A DNA stretch of 64,000 nt from Fidelibacterota bacterium. GTDB taxonomy: Bacteria; Fidelibacterota; Marinisomatia; Marinisomatales; TCS55. Within the stretch, counting starts at the first letter, position 1. The number at the start of each line of letters is the position of its first letter. Under the pieces are notes generated by a model that saw only the letters and a list, made by a program, of their open reading frames with translations, ran no database searches and had not been told where the DNA came from. The stretch is taken from NCBI GenBank assembly GCA_046861385.1, contig JBHHTW010000002.1, positions 78,948 to 142,947 of the forward strand. Direction: 5' to 3'. Positions 23,201-33,475 of the stretch are shown one piece after another. Made by a program: the position numbers and the translations under genes.

Positions 23201-24064
23201 GAAGTCATTGAAATTTCAGGCAAAATTGAGCCAGTAGATGCGGTGATGTATCAGGAATTCGCTCAAAGTTCTGAAGCCATAGCAGCTGAGGATGAGGGGA
23301 GTGTTCAAATTAATTATCTTCTGAATTTTCCAATTACGGGTGAATTTGCCTTGCGCAATTCCCAAATTGATGCTCACCTATCCGGTGAATTAAGTATGAC
23401 AAAATTGGGCAATTACGATACGGATTACGGAGGCGAGTTGTTTGTACGAGGTGGAAAGTTTTATTTAAACCAAAATGTCTTTACCATATCGGAAGGATAT
23501 TTCGCTTTTAACAAACAGGGTTTTAATCCATACGTTGAAATTGAAGCATTTACAAAAATAAAAGACGAACATATAATTATTAAGTTAAATGGAAATTGGG
23601 ACAATCCACAAATTATCCTGGAATCGTCAAGCGGTTTTTCAGAAAGTGATATTATAGGACTCCTGACCATCGGAAGCCGTTTTGATCCGGATGAAATTTC
23701 AGCAAAAGGACTTGGCAATCAAGCGCAAAACATTTTAGGGGCGTATTTGGAGCGACAATTAGAGAGGAATTTTCTCCAATCGACTGGTTTAGATAATACG
23801 GGCATTGTTGATAATGTCAGTATTTCAGGGACGGCCGGTTTAATCGATCCGACTAACTCACAGGAATTTGAAATTAGCGCAGAGACACAAATATCCAATA
23901 ATTTATCTCTTAATTATTCATATAAAAGATCATTTTCTTTATCAAACCCCAATACGAATAAAGTAGGGGTGGAGCTTCGTTTAAATCGATATGTGTCGCT
24001 TGTAGGAAATGTTGATGAGACGGGTAATATGCATGTAAAATACCGCCTGAGATATTCATACTAA
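20276..24064 (+). CDS. TamB/AsmA-like translocation and assembly module protein
   Basis: 1262 aa, N-terminal membrane anchor, beta-taco-like repeats, DUF490-like C-terminus; directly upstream of an Omp85 gene. Confidence 0.75.
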   Translation: MKHVKTILIGLTFILIVALNIFLQSSLWRSPIQTYINNKLKEHSKWQIVIPELSGNLGSTINGLDIRLTNQNGTEVIIGEFHARMNIFKTIIGKPTLSFFQINNIEIHPVFQSDNMIMDENIDTTSLDISTDFNFVIEDISLDGFIEIPLKNDTSIININLKSYLKINPTKKEFHIDEFSASLNDTLGYVLLRNTSLIVFETRAEIGHANGVMNGLPFGGDFYYDWTVVPDFSGDIHIDRYEIPDKIFKHRLLKSKFSSIETFLHFESDLTNFQGDLTVRNPLGLFMKGDLSLTRHDEYISLNRLGLESEESNLTITGIYEDNGRISGNALLSQFDLSKWITDQKPTNVNGTIILDGTIKKGSMSDISMTMEINESELYKANEISISGSLFYNDNIISFDNPLSMSVGPSFIDVKGFADLGEEKLDLELKLNEASVFLINNFWSDSLTSGIATGDLLIKGLFNNPMIKAELDCRNLGYKEMVLEDITLNAHWIPADEGGDGFFRGKIGKGSWRKYGFDYGIVDIAFSSNGIEFQSAEFKQNENYLQTSGIISPDSILSIDRLQLAYENHYFINAKPFRVKYQPNRIEFYPFEFHVDDGIATGQMVIGDAIRGQFQLSNINADIMKLFTDDERFHISGNSFGDISVMDIDNQPEVKMDITLKNGIIARQQFSEMVIAGSIYQSTLTVDEITLVSDGKQFATLSGFIPIGKTENGEREFDFYTIFNDLDISILTQFIKPKFFMDGKITGGFHLGGSPKNTLFDYDLIIEDAIWDRLALGKVASEGLFDGHRLYLNKFSSEYPGSMIAGSAYLPIDYNLSSEKFGRYFESDSLWLLVNGKTKDLEFLSAYISTIDSITGDFDIELELNGPIDSLVRDGHITSQNGTIYSTQLDDPIQNVDGNGALVNNQLLWRNLSGAMVDGSSRKNKSNIFVTGSMDMTSFFRPSYQLGIKGNELHFRTLLGDMEGICNLDLSLTGKEVIEISGKIEPVDAVMYQEFAQSSEAIAAEDEGSVQINYLLNFPITGEFALRNSQIDAHLSGELSMTKLGNYDTDYGGELFVRGGKFYLNQNVFTISEGYFAFNKQGFNPYVEIEAFTKIKDEHIIIKLNGNWDNPQIILESSSGFSESDIIGLLTIGSRFDPDEISAKGLGNQAQNILGAYLERQLERNFLQSTGLDNTGIVDNVSISGTAGLIDPTNSQEFEISAETQISNNLSLNYSYKRSFSLSNPNTNKVGVELRLNRYVSLVGNVDETGNMHVKYRLRYSY

Positions 24065-24077
24065 AACGACACTTTAC

Positions 24078-25877
24078 ATGCTAAAACCTAATCGATGGGG
24101 AATAACGTTCCTTTTTTTGGGGATGATTCTTTGCCAAACGGATGACCAGATATTTGTAGATCACATTTACTTTATCGGAAATCATTCACTGAGAAAATCG
24201 CTTCTGGAACAACATATACATCTGGAGGAATCCATTCTCTTTTCAAAAACGAAATTTGACAAACGAATTCTTAAACTGGATGGTCTTACCATTAAGAACT
24301 TCTATCAATCTAAAGGATTTTTAGGCACTACTGTACGTGATTCATTCGCAATAATTGACGGCAAAGCTGATGTATATTTTATTGTCAATGAAGGAGAGCG
24401 AACATTTGTCAAATATATTGATTTAAAAGGAAATACGCTTATTTCTGATAAAATCATTATGGATATTCTTAAACTCAAAAAAGGCAAACCACTCAATCCG
24501 GTTGCCCTGAAAATGAATATAAAATTAATTGAGGAAAAATATCATCATCTTGGAAAACTCTTTGTAAAAATAAATATAGGGCAAACAGTTACAGATTCTG
24601 CATCTATATCCATTGAAGTTAACGAGGGTCCTTACGTTCACGTTAAGAATAAATACATTGAAGGAGCTGACTCGTCGGATTATCCCTATATACAGCGAGA
24701 ATTGATCATATCCTCCAATGATCTCTATGACTTGGAAAAATTACAAAAATCTCAACGACAATTACTTGAAACCGGACAATATTCGTTTGTCAATATATAT
24801 CCGGTTCGTTATTTGCAAAGTGACTCTTTGGTCAATTTGGTAACAGAAGTCCGATATTTTCCGAAGAGAGAGATATCCTCCGAAGGCGGATTTGTTCCCA
24901 TCGAATTTGGTGGATTAACTTTGTCAGGTCCCGGCGCGTTTGTTCAATGGAAAAATCGGAGTTTATTTGGGACAAATGTTCGACTATCCACCAAATCCTC
25001 TTTGGAAATTCCTACTGAAGAAGGACTACGGTATCCGCGTTTTAGTATGGATATCAATTTGGAAAACCAATGGCTTCTTGGGGTTCGATTTCCAACCAAA
25101 ATCCAAACATTATACGAATTATATAAAAAATATGGAGCCAGCGATGAACCGTTCATTCGGAGATATGGATTTAATTGGTCAACAATCAACCGCCTTTCGG
25201 AAACATCCTTTATAAAGTTTGGAATGCGATGGGAGAAATTTAATCAAAAGAATAATGACACCAAAGATGTGGAGCAGCGAATGATATCTCTAAAAACAAA
25301 ATTGGACTATTCCGATCATCCGGTATTTCCAACCAGAGGTATTATATTGACCGGAGACATATATAGTGTGGGTGGTTTATTAGGGGGGAACAGAGATTAT
25401 CAAAAGGTGGATGGTGGTCTACAAACTTATATTCCAGTGACAAGAAAAATAACATTCGCCACACAAATGAAATTTGGAATAATGTTCAATTGGGATTCAA
25501 CGTATAATGAGTTTGAAGAAATTTTGCTTGAGAAATTTTATCTTGGCGGAACAAAGACGATGCGCGGATGGAAGGCACTGCAATTCCCAAAACACCGAAC
25601 AGCACCTAACATCTTCTTAAATGGTAATGAGATACGTTTTTTAGTTAACGGGGAATTAAGATTTCCTATTATAGGCAATTATGGCGGTGAACTTTTTATA
25701 GACGGCGGTCAATTATGGGGAACCACCAAAGATGTTAACCTATACGATTTGTTATGGGATGTAGGAGCAGGAATTACGTATAAGTCACCTTTGGGTCCTA
25801 TCCGGTTGGAATATGCCTATCAAATTGAAAATCCAAGCAGCTGGGAAATATTATTAGATGTGCTGTATGCTTTTTAG
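24078..25877 (+). CDS. Omp85 family (TamA/BamA-like) outer membrane protein
   Basis: POTRA-like repeats (YQSKGF, VNEG), FYLGG...MRGW lid motif, SPLGPIRLEYA, C-terminal F. Confidence 0.88.
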   Translation: MLKPNRWGITFLFLGMILCQTDDQIFVDHIYFIGNHSLRKSLLEQHIHLEESILFSKTKFDKRILKLDGLTIKNFYQSKGFLGTTVRDSFAIIDGKADVYFIVNEGERTFVKYIDLKGNTLISDKIIMDILKLKKGKPLNPVALKMNIKLIEEKYHHLGKLFVKINIGQTVTDSASISIEVNEGPYVHVKNKYIEGADSSDYPYIQRELIISSNDLYDLEKLQKSQRQLLETGQYSFVNIYPVRYLQSDSLVNLVTEVRYFPKREISSEGGFVPIEFGGLTLSGPGAFVQWKNRSLFGTNVRLSTKSSLEIPTEEGLRYPRFSMDINLENQWLLGVRFPTKIQTLYELYKKYGASDEPFIRRYGFNWSTINRLSETSFIKFGMRWEKFNQKNNDTKDVEQRMISLKTKLDYSDHPVFPTRGIILTGDIYSVGGLLGGNRDYQKVDGGLQTYIPVTRKITFATQMKFGIMFNWDSTYNEFEEILLEKFYLGGTKTMRGWKALQFPKHRTAPNIFLNGNEIRFLVNGELRFPIIGNYGGELFIDGGQLWGTTKDVNLYDLLWDVGAGITYKSPLGPIRLEYAYQIENPSSWEILLDVLYAF

Positions 25878-25980
25878 GGAACCCAAATTCTAAAGATGAG
25901 TATAAGCCCAACAGTTACGTATTGTTGAATATAGCTGAATATGTAAATTCGGCGTCCAAAAAATGAGGTTATCAGAAAAC

Positions 25981-26478
25981 ATGAAACAATTTATTTTTAT
26001 TCTATCAATCTTTTGTTTAATGCTCATCAGTTGTGAAGGAAGGAAGACTGCTGAAGAGTATTTTACGCAATCAGAGTTGGATCGAAATTCGAAAAATATC
26101 AAATCCTCGTTGGAAAATCTTGAAAATGTCATTACCCATTATCCAGATCATTCACTGGCGTCGAAAGCGCAATATCTCATTGGAGATATTTATATGAATG
26201 ATTTGAGAGATTTTGAAGCGGCGGTTTCTGCTTATAATTCAGTATTGGAACGCTATCAAACATCTGAGGATTCTCCCAAAGCGCAATTTATGATCGGTTA
26301 TATTTACGCCAATCCACAATTTGGTAAAATTCAAAATTTAGAAAAAGCAAGATCAACCTACGAACAGTTTCTGGAAAATTTTCCAAATCATGAATTGGCC
26401 CCTTCTGTCCAGTTTGAAATGGAGAATTTGGGAAAGGATATAAATGATATCCCCATCTTAAAACACATTTCATCTTAA
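25981..26478 (+). CDS. TPR lipoprotein (BamD/CpoB-like)
   Basis: Lipobox LISC, TPR repeats (YPDH..ASKAQY, FPNHELA); ATG 25981 preferred over 25963. Confidence 0.75.
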   Translation: MKQFIFILSIFCLMLISCEGRKTAEEYFTQSELDRNSKNIKSSLENLENVITHYPDHSLASKAQYLIGDIYMNDLRDFEAAVSAYNSVLERYQTSEDSPKAQFMIGYIYANPQFGKIQNLEKARSTYEQFLENFPNHELAPSVQFEMENLGKDINDIPILKHISS

Positions 26479-26493
26479 CCAAGTGATTGAAAA

Positions 26494-27489
26494 ATGAGCG
26501 AATTTAGTCTAACTGAAATAAATGAGCGGATTGCACGTGAATCCGCATTTTTGGATGGTTTAAAAAAAGAGATTGGTCAAGTTATTGTTGGTCAACAGGA
26601 CTTGATTAATAGAATATTAATTGGATTATTAGCAAACGGCCATATTTTATTAGAAGGTGTTCCCGGGTTAGCAAAAACATTAACTGTTAATACATTATCT
26701 CGGTTAATCAATACGAAATTCCAACGAATTCAATTTACACCGGACATGCTACCCGCTGATTTATTAGGAACGTTAATTTATAATCAAAGATCGAGTGATT
26801 TTGAAATTCGTAAAGGTCCTATTTTCGCAAATATTATTTTGGCAGATGAGATAAATCGTTCACCTGCAAAAGTACAAAGCGCTCTATTAGAGGCAATGCA
26901 GGAACGGCAGGTAACGATCGGTGATGAAACGTATAAGCTGGAAGCACCATTTCTTGTCTTGGCAACACAGAATCCAATCGAACAGGAAGGAACATACCCA
27001 TTACCTGAAGCTCAAGTAGATCGATTCATGCTGAAATTAAAAGTGGATTATCCAAGCTTTGACGATGAACGCGCTATTTTGAAACGAATGGCGTTAACCA
27101 AGCAGAATAGCCAAATATCTTCTGTCATTGATGTTGATCAAATTCTGAAAGCACAAAATATAATCAATGATATTTATGTGGATGAAAAAGTTGAAGACTA
27201 TGTATTAAACTTAGTTTTCGCTACTCGATTTCCAGAAAAATATGATTTGACCGATTTGGCAAATCTCATTGAATATGGAGCTTCACCCCGAGCAACTATC
27301 AATCTGATTTTAGCTGCAAAATCACGGGCGTTTCTGGAGCATCGTGGGTATGTGACCCCTGAGGATATTAGATATGTTGGCTGGGATGTGTTGAGACATA
27401 GAGTGATTTTAACTTATGAAGCTGAGGCAGAAGAATTAACACCGGAAGATATTCTGCAGCGATTGTTCGATAGTATCGAAATACCCTAA
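26494..27489 (+). CDS. MoxR family AAA+ ATPase
   Basis: LEGVPGLAKT, RIQFTPD, ADEINR, ATQNPIEQEGTYPLPEAQVDRF. Confidence 0.95.
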   Translation: MSEFSLTEINERIARESAFLDGLKKEIGQVIVGQQDLINRILIGLLANGHILLEGVPGLAKTLTVNTLSRLINTKFQRIQFTPDMLPADLLGTLIYNQRSSDFEIRKGPIFANIILADEINRSPAKVQSALLEAMQERQVTIGDETYKLEAPFLVLATQNPIEQEGTYPLPEAQVDRFMLKLKVDYPSFDDERAILKRMALTKQNSQISSVIDVDQILKAQNIINDIYVDEKVEDYVLNLVFATRFPEKYDLTDLANLIEYGASPRATINLILAAKSRAFLEHRGYVTPEDIRYVGWDVLRHRVILTYEAEAEELTPEDILQRLFDSIEIP

Positions 27490-27490
27490 C

Positions 27491-27566
27491 CTATGGGAAG
27501 TATAAAATGGAAGTGGCAGATGATAAACGATTTCTATTTTCCATATACATTATCCCATATTCCATA
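27491..27566. repeat. Degenerate 7-bp-period repeats in inverted arrangement
   Basis: atgggaag/atggaag units on the left, ttccata/tcccata units on the right. Confidence 0.5.
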
Positions 27567-27568
27567 AA

Positions 27569-28444
27569 ATGATTCCACAAGAAATATTAAAAAAAGTTCG
27601 ACATATTGAGATTCGAACAAAAGGACTGGTTAACGAACTGTTTGGAGGGGAATATCATTCAGTTTTCAAAGGTCGCGGGATGACATTTTCGGAAGTTCGG
27701 GAATACCAGCCCGGAGATGACATTCGTCTGATTGATTGGAATGTAACAGCCCGCTCCGGTTCTCCATTTGTCAAAATATTTGAAGAAGAAAGAGAATTGA
27801 CTGTGTATCTAATGGTTGATATCAGTCGATCGGGTCATTTTGGTACTCAATTACAGTTTAAGAGTGAAATTGCTGCTGAAATAGCGGCTGTTCTTGGATT
27901 TTCAGCAATAAAAAATAATGATAAAGTCGGACTAATTCTCTTTAGCGACGAAGTCGAGAAATATATAGCACCAAAAAAGGGGAAATCACACGTATTACGT
28001 GTCGTGCGTGAGCTTCTTTACCATCAGCCAAAAAGAAAAGGAACGTCATTAATAACAGCGATAGATTTTTTATTACACGTTGCCAAAAGACGTAGTGTCG
28101 TCTTCCTTTTATCTGATTTTATAGATGACGGTTACTGGACCAGGTTAAAGATAGCAAACCGGAAACATGATATGATTGGCTTGCAAATGTCTGATCCTTT
28201 CGAGTTAAACATTCCCGATATTGGTTTGGTTAAGGTTCATGATCCGGAAACAGAAGAATCTTTTTGGATTGATACCAGCTCAAATGCTGAACGTATGTTA
28301 TTTAAAAACCAGATAATTGAAGGAAAAGAAGCATTTAAAAAGAAATGTAATCGTATTGGGTTTGATCTGATCAATATTTTGACAGATAAAGATTATGTGG
28401 AACCTATAATGACGTATTTTAAAACTCGGGAAAATCGGAATTGA
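27569..28444 (+). CDS. DUF58 (vWA-like) protein of MoxR operon
   Basis: GRGMTFSEVREYQPGDDIRLIDWNVTAR, FEEERE, LSDF. Confidence 0.93.
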   Translation: MIPQEILKKVRHIEIRTKGLVNELFGGEYHSVFKGRGMTFSEVREYQPGDDIRLIDWNVTARSGSPFVKIFEEERELTVYLMVDISRSGHFGTQLQFKSEIAAEIAAVLGFSAIKNNDKVGLILFSDEVEKYIAPKKGKSHVLRVVRELLYHQPKRKGTSLITAIDFLLHVAKRRSVVFLLSDFIDDGYWTRLKIANRKHDMIGLQMSDPFELNIPDIGLVKVHDPETEESFWIDTSSNAERMLFKNQIIEGKEAFKKKCNRIGFDLINILTDKDYVEPIMTYFKTRENRN

Positions 28445-29373
28445 ATCGAATATTATTACTGGTTACTATTTTGGTTCTGATAGGGTGTGGTTCTGACGTA
28501 GATCAAAAATCAATTTCACTGGTAAGCGAAATTGATACAACGACATCTACCATTGGTGATATTATTCATTATTCAATACAAATTAATGGTATTGATGATC
28601 AATATGTAGTACTTAATGCGTTTGAGAAACCAGATGCATTGGAATTGAGAAAATCAAATATTACTTACATGGAAAATGGATATTTAAATGAAATGCAATT
28701 CGTTTTTTGGGATACTGGACGTTTTGCAATTCCATCTTTTGATTTTGCAATCATGAATAGTGACAGTACAATGAATACACAGATGCAAACCGATCCCATT
28801 TCTGTATTAGTCGTTTCATCAACAGATCCGACAATGGCGGGAGCTATGAAGCCGGTTAAAGATCCAGTACCGGTATCAATACCAATTAACCGGATAATAG
28901 TAATATGGACATTGTTATTAATTATTTCACTGGCTGTAATGATATGGTTGAGTTTCAAGTACAAAAAAGAACCGTTGATGGGGAACCCGACCATCCGTTT
29001 ACCCTCGCCAGATGAAGTGGCGATCGGAAAAATTAACCTCCTTAAAACCAATAAAGAATTTCAAACAAATCCCAAAGAATTGTATGTACAAATATCTTAT
29101 ATTTTAAGAGAATATGTCGAGAGTAGTTTATTTTATAAAACATTGGAAATGACAACGAATGAAATTCAGGATTTAAAAAACCATTTTCCATTTTCAGAAC
29201 AGGAGATGAAAGAATGGATAACCCTTTTAAATCGTTCGGATATGATAAAATATGCAAAAATGATTCCTGAAACTCAAACATGGATGGATGATTTAACGAC
29301 AGCCGAACAATTTATTAAATCAACAACTCCCTATTGGAAACGGGTGGGAACCAGTGGAGTAGTTACTGGTTGA
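28441..29373 (+). CDS. Bat-operon-type membrane-anchored lipoprotein (BatD-like N-terminus)
   Basis: TTG start, lipobox LIGC, FWDTG, one TM segment, LEMTT and DMIKYAK motifs typical of the third gene of moxR-DUF58 operons. Confidence 0.65.
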   Translation: MNRILLLVTILVLIGCGSDVDQKSISLVSEIDTTTSTIGDIIHYSIQINGIDDQYVVLNAFEKPDALELRKSNITYMENGYLNEMQFVFWDTGRFAIPSFDFAIMNSDSTMNTQMQTDPISVLVVSSTDPTMAGAMKPVKDPVPVSIPINRIIVIWTLLLIISLAVMIWLSFKYKKEPLMGNPTIRLPSPDEVAIGKINLLKTNKEFQTNPKELYVQISYILREYVESSLFYKTLEMTTNEIQDLKNHFPFSEQEMKEWITLLNRSDMIKYAKMIPETQTWMDDLTTAEQFIKSTTPYWKRVGTSGVVTG

Positions 29374-29667
29374 ATAGTCGCTGGTAGAATGGTAAAAAGG
29401 AGAATAAAAATGGTGGCGAGGTTTATTCAATTACCCAACCAGTCAACCACTCGTCCTCCGAAGACAAAGTGCGGGAGGAAAAATGGAAAGCAGGTGGATC
29501 ATTCATCCATTGATTCATTCAAGCATTCAATTTATTATCACACTCCGGCAACAACTCACCACCTCTCACGGCTGCCCAGTTACCAATTACTATTCACTAT
29601 TTTTTTTATGCTCGTTTGGGAATACAGACTCTCTGAATTAAATTTAATGCTTAATTGAAGGAACCGA

Positions 29668-30231
29668 ATGGCAACTACAGCAAATATAAAAAACGGTGCA
29701 GTTATTCTGCATAAAAATAAACGGATGAAATTTATCGAATTTTTGCATGTCAAACCGGGAAAAGGACCGGCATTTGTGCGAACAAAATTGAAAGATATAA
29801 AAACGGGTAAGGTCGTCGACGAAACATTCAATGCAGGTGTCAAACTGGAATTCATTCGCATTGAGGCAAAAGAAATGCAATACTTGTATGAGGACGGTGA
29901 TCAATACATATTTATGGATAACCAGACTTACGATCAAATTAATGTGAATCCAGAAGTGTTGGGAAACAACAAGGCATTTCTAAAGGCCGGAATGAATGTG
30001 GACCTATTGTTCGATGGAATAGAAGTATTAGATATCCGGCTACCGGCCCATGTTCATTTGGAAGTAACGCATACCGAACCGGGGATGAGAGGCAATACAG
30101 CGACTGGGGCTACGAAGTCTGCAACTGTTGAGACAGGATACGAGGTGCAAGTTCCTTTGTTTATTGATACCGGTGATGTGCTAAAAATAGACACACGAAC
30201 AGGTGATTATGTCGAAAGATCAAAAATTTAA
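29668..30231 (+). CDS. efp: Elongation factor P
   Basis: [37 protein letters not shown]. Confidence 0.97.
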   Translation: MATTANIKNGAVILHKNKRMKFIEFLHVKPGKGPAFVRTKLKDIKTGKVVDETFNAGVKLEFIRIEAKEMQYLYEDGDQYIFMDNQTYDQINVNPEVLGNNKAFLKAGMNVDLLFDGIEVLDIRLPAHVHLEVTHTEPGMRGNTATGATKSATVETGYEVQVPLFIDTGDVLKIDTRTGDYVERSKI

Positions 30232-30251
30232 TCCATTCTATAGGGGAAATA

Positions 30252-30716
30252 ATGTGGCAGGATAAACTGAAGGAAATTATATATATCCTTGAACATAGTA
30301 ATGTAAATGAAATTGATGTAACTTTTCTCGGACGACGATTTCGCGTAGTGAAATCTACTCCGGTAACTGCTGTTGCTTCTCAAAATCCAACCGAAGCAAA
30401 CGTTTCAATGACGCCCGTTTCACCCAGTGTGAAAGAAACAACTGACGATACTGCTGGTGAAACAACATCAGTTGGAAAAGAAGTTTTGTCACCAATGCCG
30501 GGAACATTTTACCGTGCAGCAGGTCCAGAGGACAAAGCGTTTGTTCAAGCAGGCGATGTTGTAAAAAAAGGTGACCCACTTTGTATTATCGAAGCAATGA
30601 AAATCATGAATGAAATTGAATCTGAAGAAAGTGGAATTATACGGAATATTTTAGTAGAAAATGCTCAACCTGTCGAATATAATCAGCCTCTGTTTGTTAT
30701 TGATCCAAACGGATAA
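30252..30716 (+). CDS. accB: Acetyl-CoA carboxylase biotin carboxyl carrier protein
   Basis: [17 protein letters not shown] biotinylation motif. Confidence 0.96.
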   Translation: MWQDKLKEIIYILEHSNVNEIDVTFLGRRFRVVKSTPVTAVASQNPTEANVSMTPVSPSVKETTDDTAGETTSVGKEVLSPMPGTFYRAAGPEDKAFVQAGDVVKKGDPLCIIEAMKIMNEIESEESGIIRNILVENAQPVEYNQPLFVIDPNG

Positions 30717-30719
30717 ATA

Positions 30720-32075
30720 ATGTTCAAAAAGATTCTGATTGCCAATCGGGGTGAGATCGCACTGAGAATCATCCGGGCCTGCCATGAATTAGGGGTTAAA
30801 ACAGTCGCTGTTTATTCAACAGCCGATGAATATTCATTACACGTCAAATTCGCCGATGAAGCTGTATGCATTGGTCCGCCTCCAAGTGCGGAAAGTTATT
30901 TAAATATTCCAAGAATTATTGCTGCAGCGGAAATTACCGATGCAGACGCCATCCATCCCGGATACGGGTTTTTAGCTGAAAATGCGGAATTTTCTCGAAT
31001 TTGCTCAGAAAATGAATTCATATTTATTGGACCATCAGCAGAAATTATTAATGCAATGGGCAATAAATCCCAAGCAAAAGAAACCATGAAAAATGCCGGT
31101 GTTCCTGTCATTCCCGGGAGTGACAGGATATTAGAAAATTCTACAGCCGCAATGAAGGATGCGGAAGCAATTGGTTATCCAGTCATGGTAAAAGCATCTG
31201 CCGGTGGAGGCGGTAAAGGAATGCGACTGGTTAAAGAATCCAAGGATATGGTCAAAACATTCAATACAGCGAGCAACGAGGCGAAAAATGCATTTAACAA
31301 CGGCGAAATGTACATGGAAAAATTTGTAGAAAACCCCCGTCACATTGAAGTCCAGATTTTGATGGACATTCACGGAAACTGTATTCATTTAGGTGAAAGA
31401 GAATGTTCGATTCAGCGAAAGCATCAAAAACTCGTTGAAGAATCACCCTCACCGTTTGTTAATGAAGAATTACGCAGGGAAATGGGTGAAATGGCAATCC
31501 GCGGAGCTAGAGCTGTTAATTATGTTGGTGTTGGAACGATTGAATTTTTATTGGATAATAATCATAATTATTATTTTATGGAGATGAATACGCGTATCCA
31601 GGTGGAACACACAATCACTGAAATGGTCACTGGTGTGGATCTTATTAAGCAGCAGATTCGAATGCACGCAGGAGAAAAATACCCGGAAATTTACCAAAAT
31701 TTTAGAATGAGGGGTCATTCTATTGAGTGCCGAATCAATGCAGAAGACCCTGAAAAGAATTTTATGCCATTTCCTGCGACAATTACCAGTCTTCATTTCC
31801 CTGGAGGAAAAGGGGTCCGAGTGGACTCCCACGCCTACGCCGGTTATGAAATACCCAGGTATTATGACTCCATGATCGGGAAACTGATTGTTTTTGCCCG
31901 GGATCGTGATCGGGCAATTGTTCGAATGAAAAGAGCATTGGAAGAGACCATCATTGAAGGGCCAAAAACGACCATTCCCTTTCATCAGGCAATCATGAAA
32001 AATGAACAATTTATATCAGGTGATTTTGACACAAGTTTTTTGGAATCCTTTAATTATCAACCTGAAAATAATTGA
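30720..32075 (+). CDS. accC: Biotin carboxylase
   Basis: [44 protein letters not shown]. Confidence 0.98.
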   Translation: MFKKILIANRGEIALRIIRACHELGVKTVAVYSTADEYSLHVKFADEAVCIGPPPSAESYLNIPRIIAAAEITDADAIHPGYGFLAENAEFSRICSENEFIFIGPSAEIINAMGNKSQAKETMKNAGVPVIPGSDRILENSTAAMKDAEAIGYPVMVKASAGGGGKGMRLVKESKDMVKTFNTASNEAKNAFNNGEMYMEKFVENPRHIEVQILMDIHGNCIHLGERECSIQRKHQKLVEESPSPFVNEELRREMGEMAIRGARAVNYVGVGTIEFLLDNNHNYYFMEMNTRIQVEHTITEMVTGVDLIKQQIRMHAGEKYPEIYQNFRMRGHSIECRINAEDPEKNFMPFPATITSLHFPGGKGVRVDSHAYAGYEIPRYYDSMIGKLIVFARDRDRAIVRMKRALEETIIEGPKTTIPFHQAIMKNEQFISGDFDTSFLESFNYQPENN

Positions 32076-32092
32076 ATATGGAGAAATCATTA

Positions 32093-32470
32093 ATGAACAT
32101 TCCGTCAATATTAAAATATACTAAAGATCATGAGTGGGTGGCTATCAACGATAATATTATCACCATTGGTATAACTGATTTTGCCCAGGGGGAGTTGGGT
32201 GATATTGTGTTTGTTGAATTTCCGGAGGTGGGTGAGAGTTTCGATGCAGAAGAGCCATTTGGTACAATCGAAGCGGTAAAAACAGTGGCTGATCTTTTTG
32301 CTCCGGTGAGTGGTGAAATTGTTGAAATCAATACTGAATTAGATCATAGACCTGAAAAAGTAAATTCTGACCCTTATGGTGACGGTTGGATTGTTAAATT
32401 AAAGGTATCCGAATTTGGTGAAGTGGATGAATTAATGGATGCAGCGTCTTACGAAGAATTGATTGGTTAA
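32093..32470 (+). CDS. gcvH: Glycine cleavage system H protein
   Basis: YTKDHEW, GITDFAQGELGD, lipoyl EAVK, DPYGDGW; ATG 32093 follows a GGAG SD. Confidence 0.96.
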   Translation: MNIPSILKYTKDHEWVAINDNIITIGITDFAQGELGDIVFVEFPEVGESFDAEEPFGTIEAVKTVADLFAPVSGEIVEINTELDHRPEKVNSDPYGDGWIVKLKVSEFGEVDELMDAASYEELIG

Positions 32471-32529
32471 ATGAAAACTACCCATGATTAATAATTTAAT
32501 TCATAAGTACTCTCCTTCAATTTCATATT

Positions 32530-32627
32530 TGTCTTCACGAGGAGGTTATGACGAAGTGATCTCCTTGGATTTGATTATAGAAGGAGATTGCCGCATCATT
32601 CCGCACACGGGATGTCTCGCAATGACA
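32530..32627. repeat. Long palindromic intergenic element, family B copy 1
   Basis: tgtcttcacgagg...gacgaagtgatctcctt...aaggagattg...ctcgcaatgaca; homologous to 33476-33571. Confidence 0.8.
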
Positions 32628-32661
32628 ATATTATTTTATGGCAAAATACTATCGGAGTAAC

Positions 32662-33420
32662 ATGAATTCAGTTTATCAATATTTACTTAATGTAAAGTCC
32701 AAAAAAGGTGCCGGATATATTGTTCTCATTGATCCGGATGAAAAGAATGACGATAACCTCATTTCCCAAGTTCATGCAGCCAACGTCTCCGGTGTGGACG
32801 CATTTTTTGTCGGTGGTAGTCTCATGATGGATAGTAAACATAATGCTCGCGTTGCCACCATCAAAAAAGAAGCGAACATTCCAGTCATATTTTTCCCCGG
32901 TGGTGTCAATCAAATTAATAGTCATTATGATGCCATGCTGTTCATGTCTTTGCTATCGGGACGTAATCCGCAATATCTTATCGGTGAACAGGTCGTTGCT
33001 GCTCCCATTGTAAAAGATCTGGAGATTGAGGTAATCCCAACGGCTTATTTACTTTTTGATGGTGGTACCCGGTCGACGGTAGAGGTTATGAGCGGGACTA
33101 AACCATTACCCATGAGTCGACCGGATATTGCTGTTGCCCACGCATTGGCTGCTGAATATTTAGGAAACAAACTCATTTATCTTGAAGCAGGAAGCGGTGC
33201 TAAAGAAGCAATTCCAATTGAGATAATTCAAACCATAACTGATCAGACAGATGTACCTCTGATCGTCGGAGGTGGAATACGAACACCAGATGAAGCAAAA
33301 GACCGGGTCGAAGCAGGCGCTTCATTTATTGTGACAGGCACTGTGTTGGAAGAAAACAGCGGAAGCGGGTTAATGGATGAATTTGCTGACGCTGTACATA
33401 GAAAAATTACTTCAGTATAG
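32662..33420 (+). CDS. Geranylgeranylglyceryl phosphate synthase (group II GGGPS/PcrB family)
   Basis: LIDPD, VGGS, FPG, FMSLLSGRNPQYLIGEQ, YLEAGSGA, VGGGIR; ATG 32662 follows GGAG (longest ORF starts at 32638). Confidence 0.92.
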   Translation: MNSVYQYLLNVKSKKGAGYIVLIDPDEKNDDNLISQVHAANVSGVDAFFVGGSLMMDSKHNARVATIKKEANIPVIFFPGGVNQINSHYDAMLFMSLLSGRNPQYLIGEQVVAAPIVKDLEIEVIPTAYLLFDGGTRSTVEVMSGTKPLPMSRPDIAVAHALAAEYLGNKLIYLEAGSGAKEAIPIEIIQTITDQTDVPLIVGGGIRTPDEAKDRVEAGASFIVTGTVLEENSGSGLMDEFADAVHRKITSV

Positions 33421-33475
33421 GTTAATGATTGTGATCTTATGATTTACGAGTGTAATTATACAATTACAACATTTC

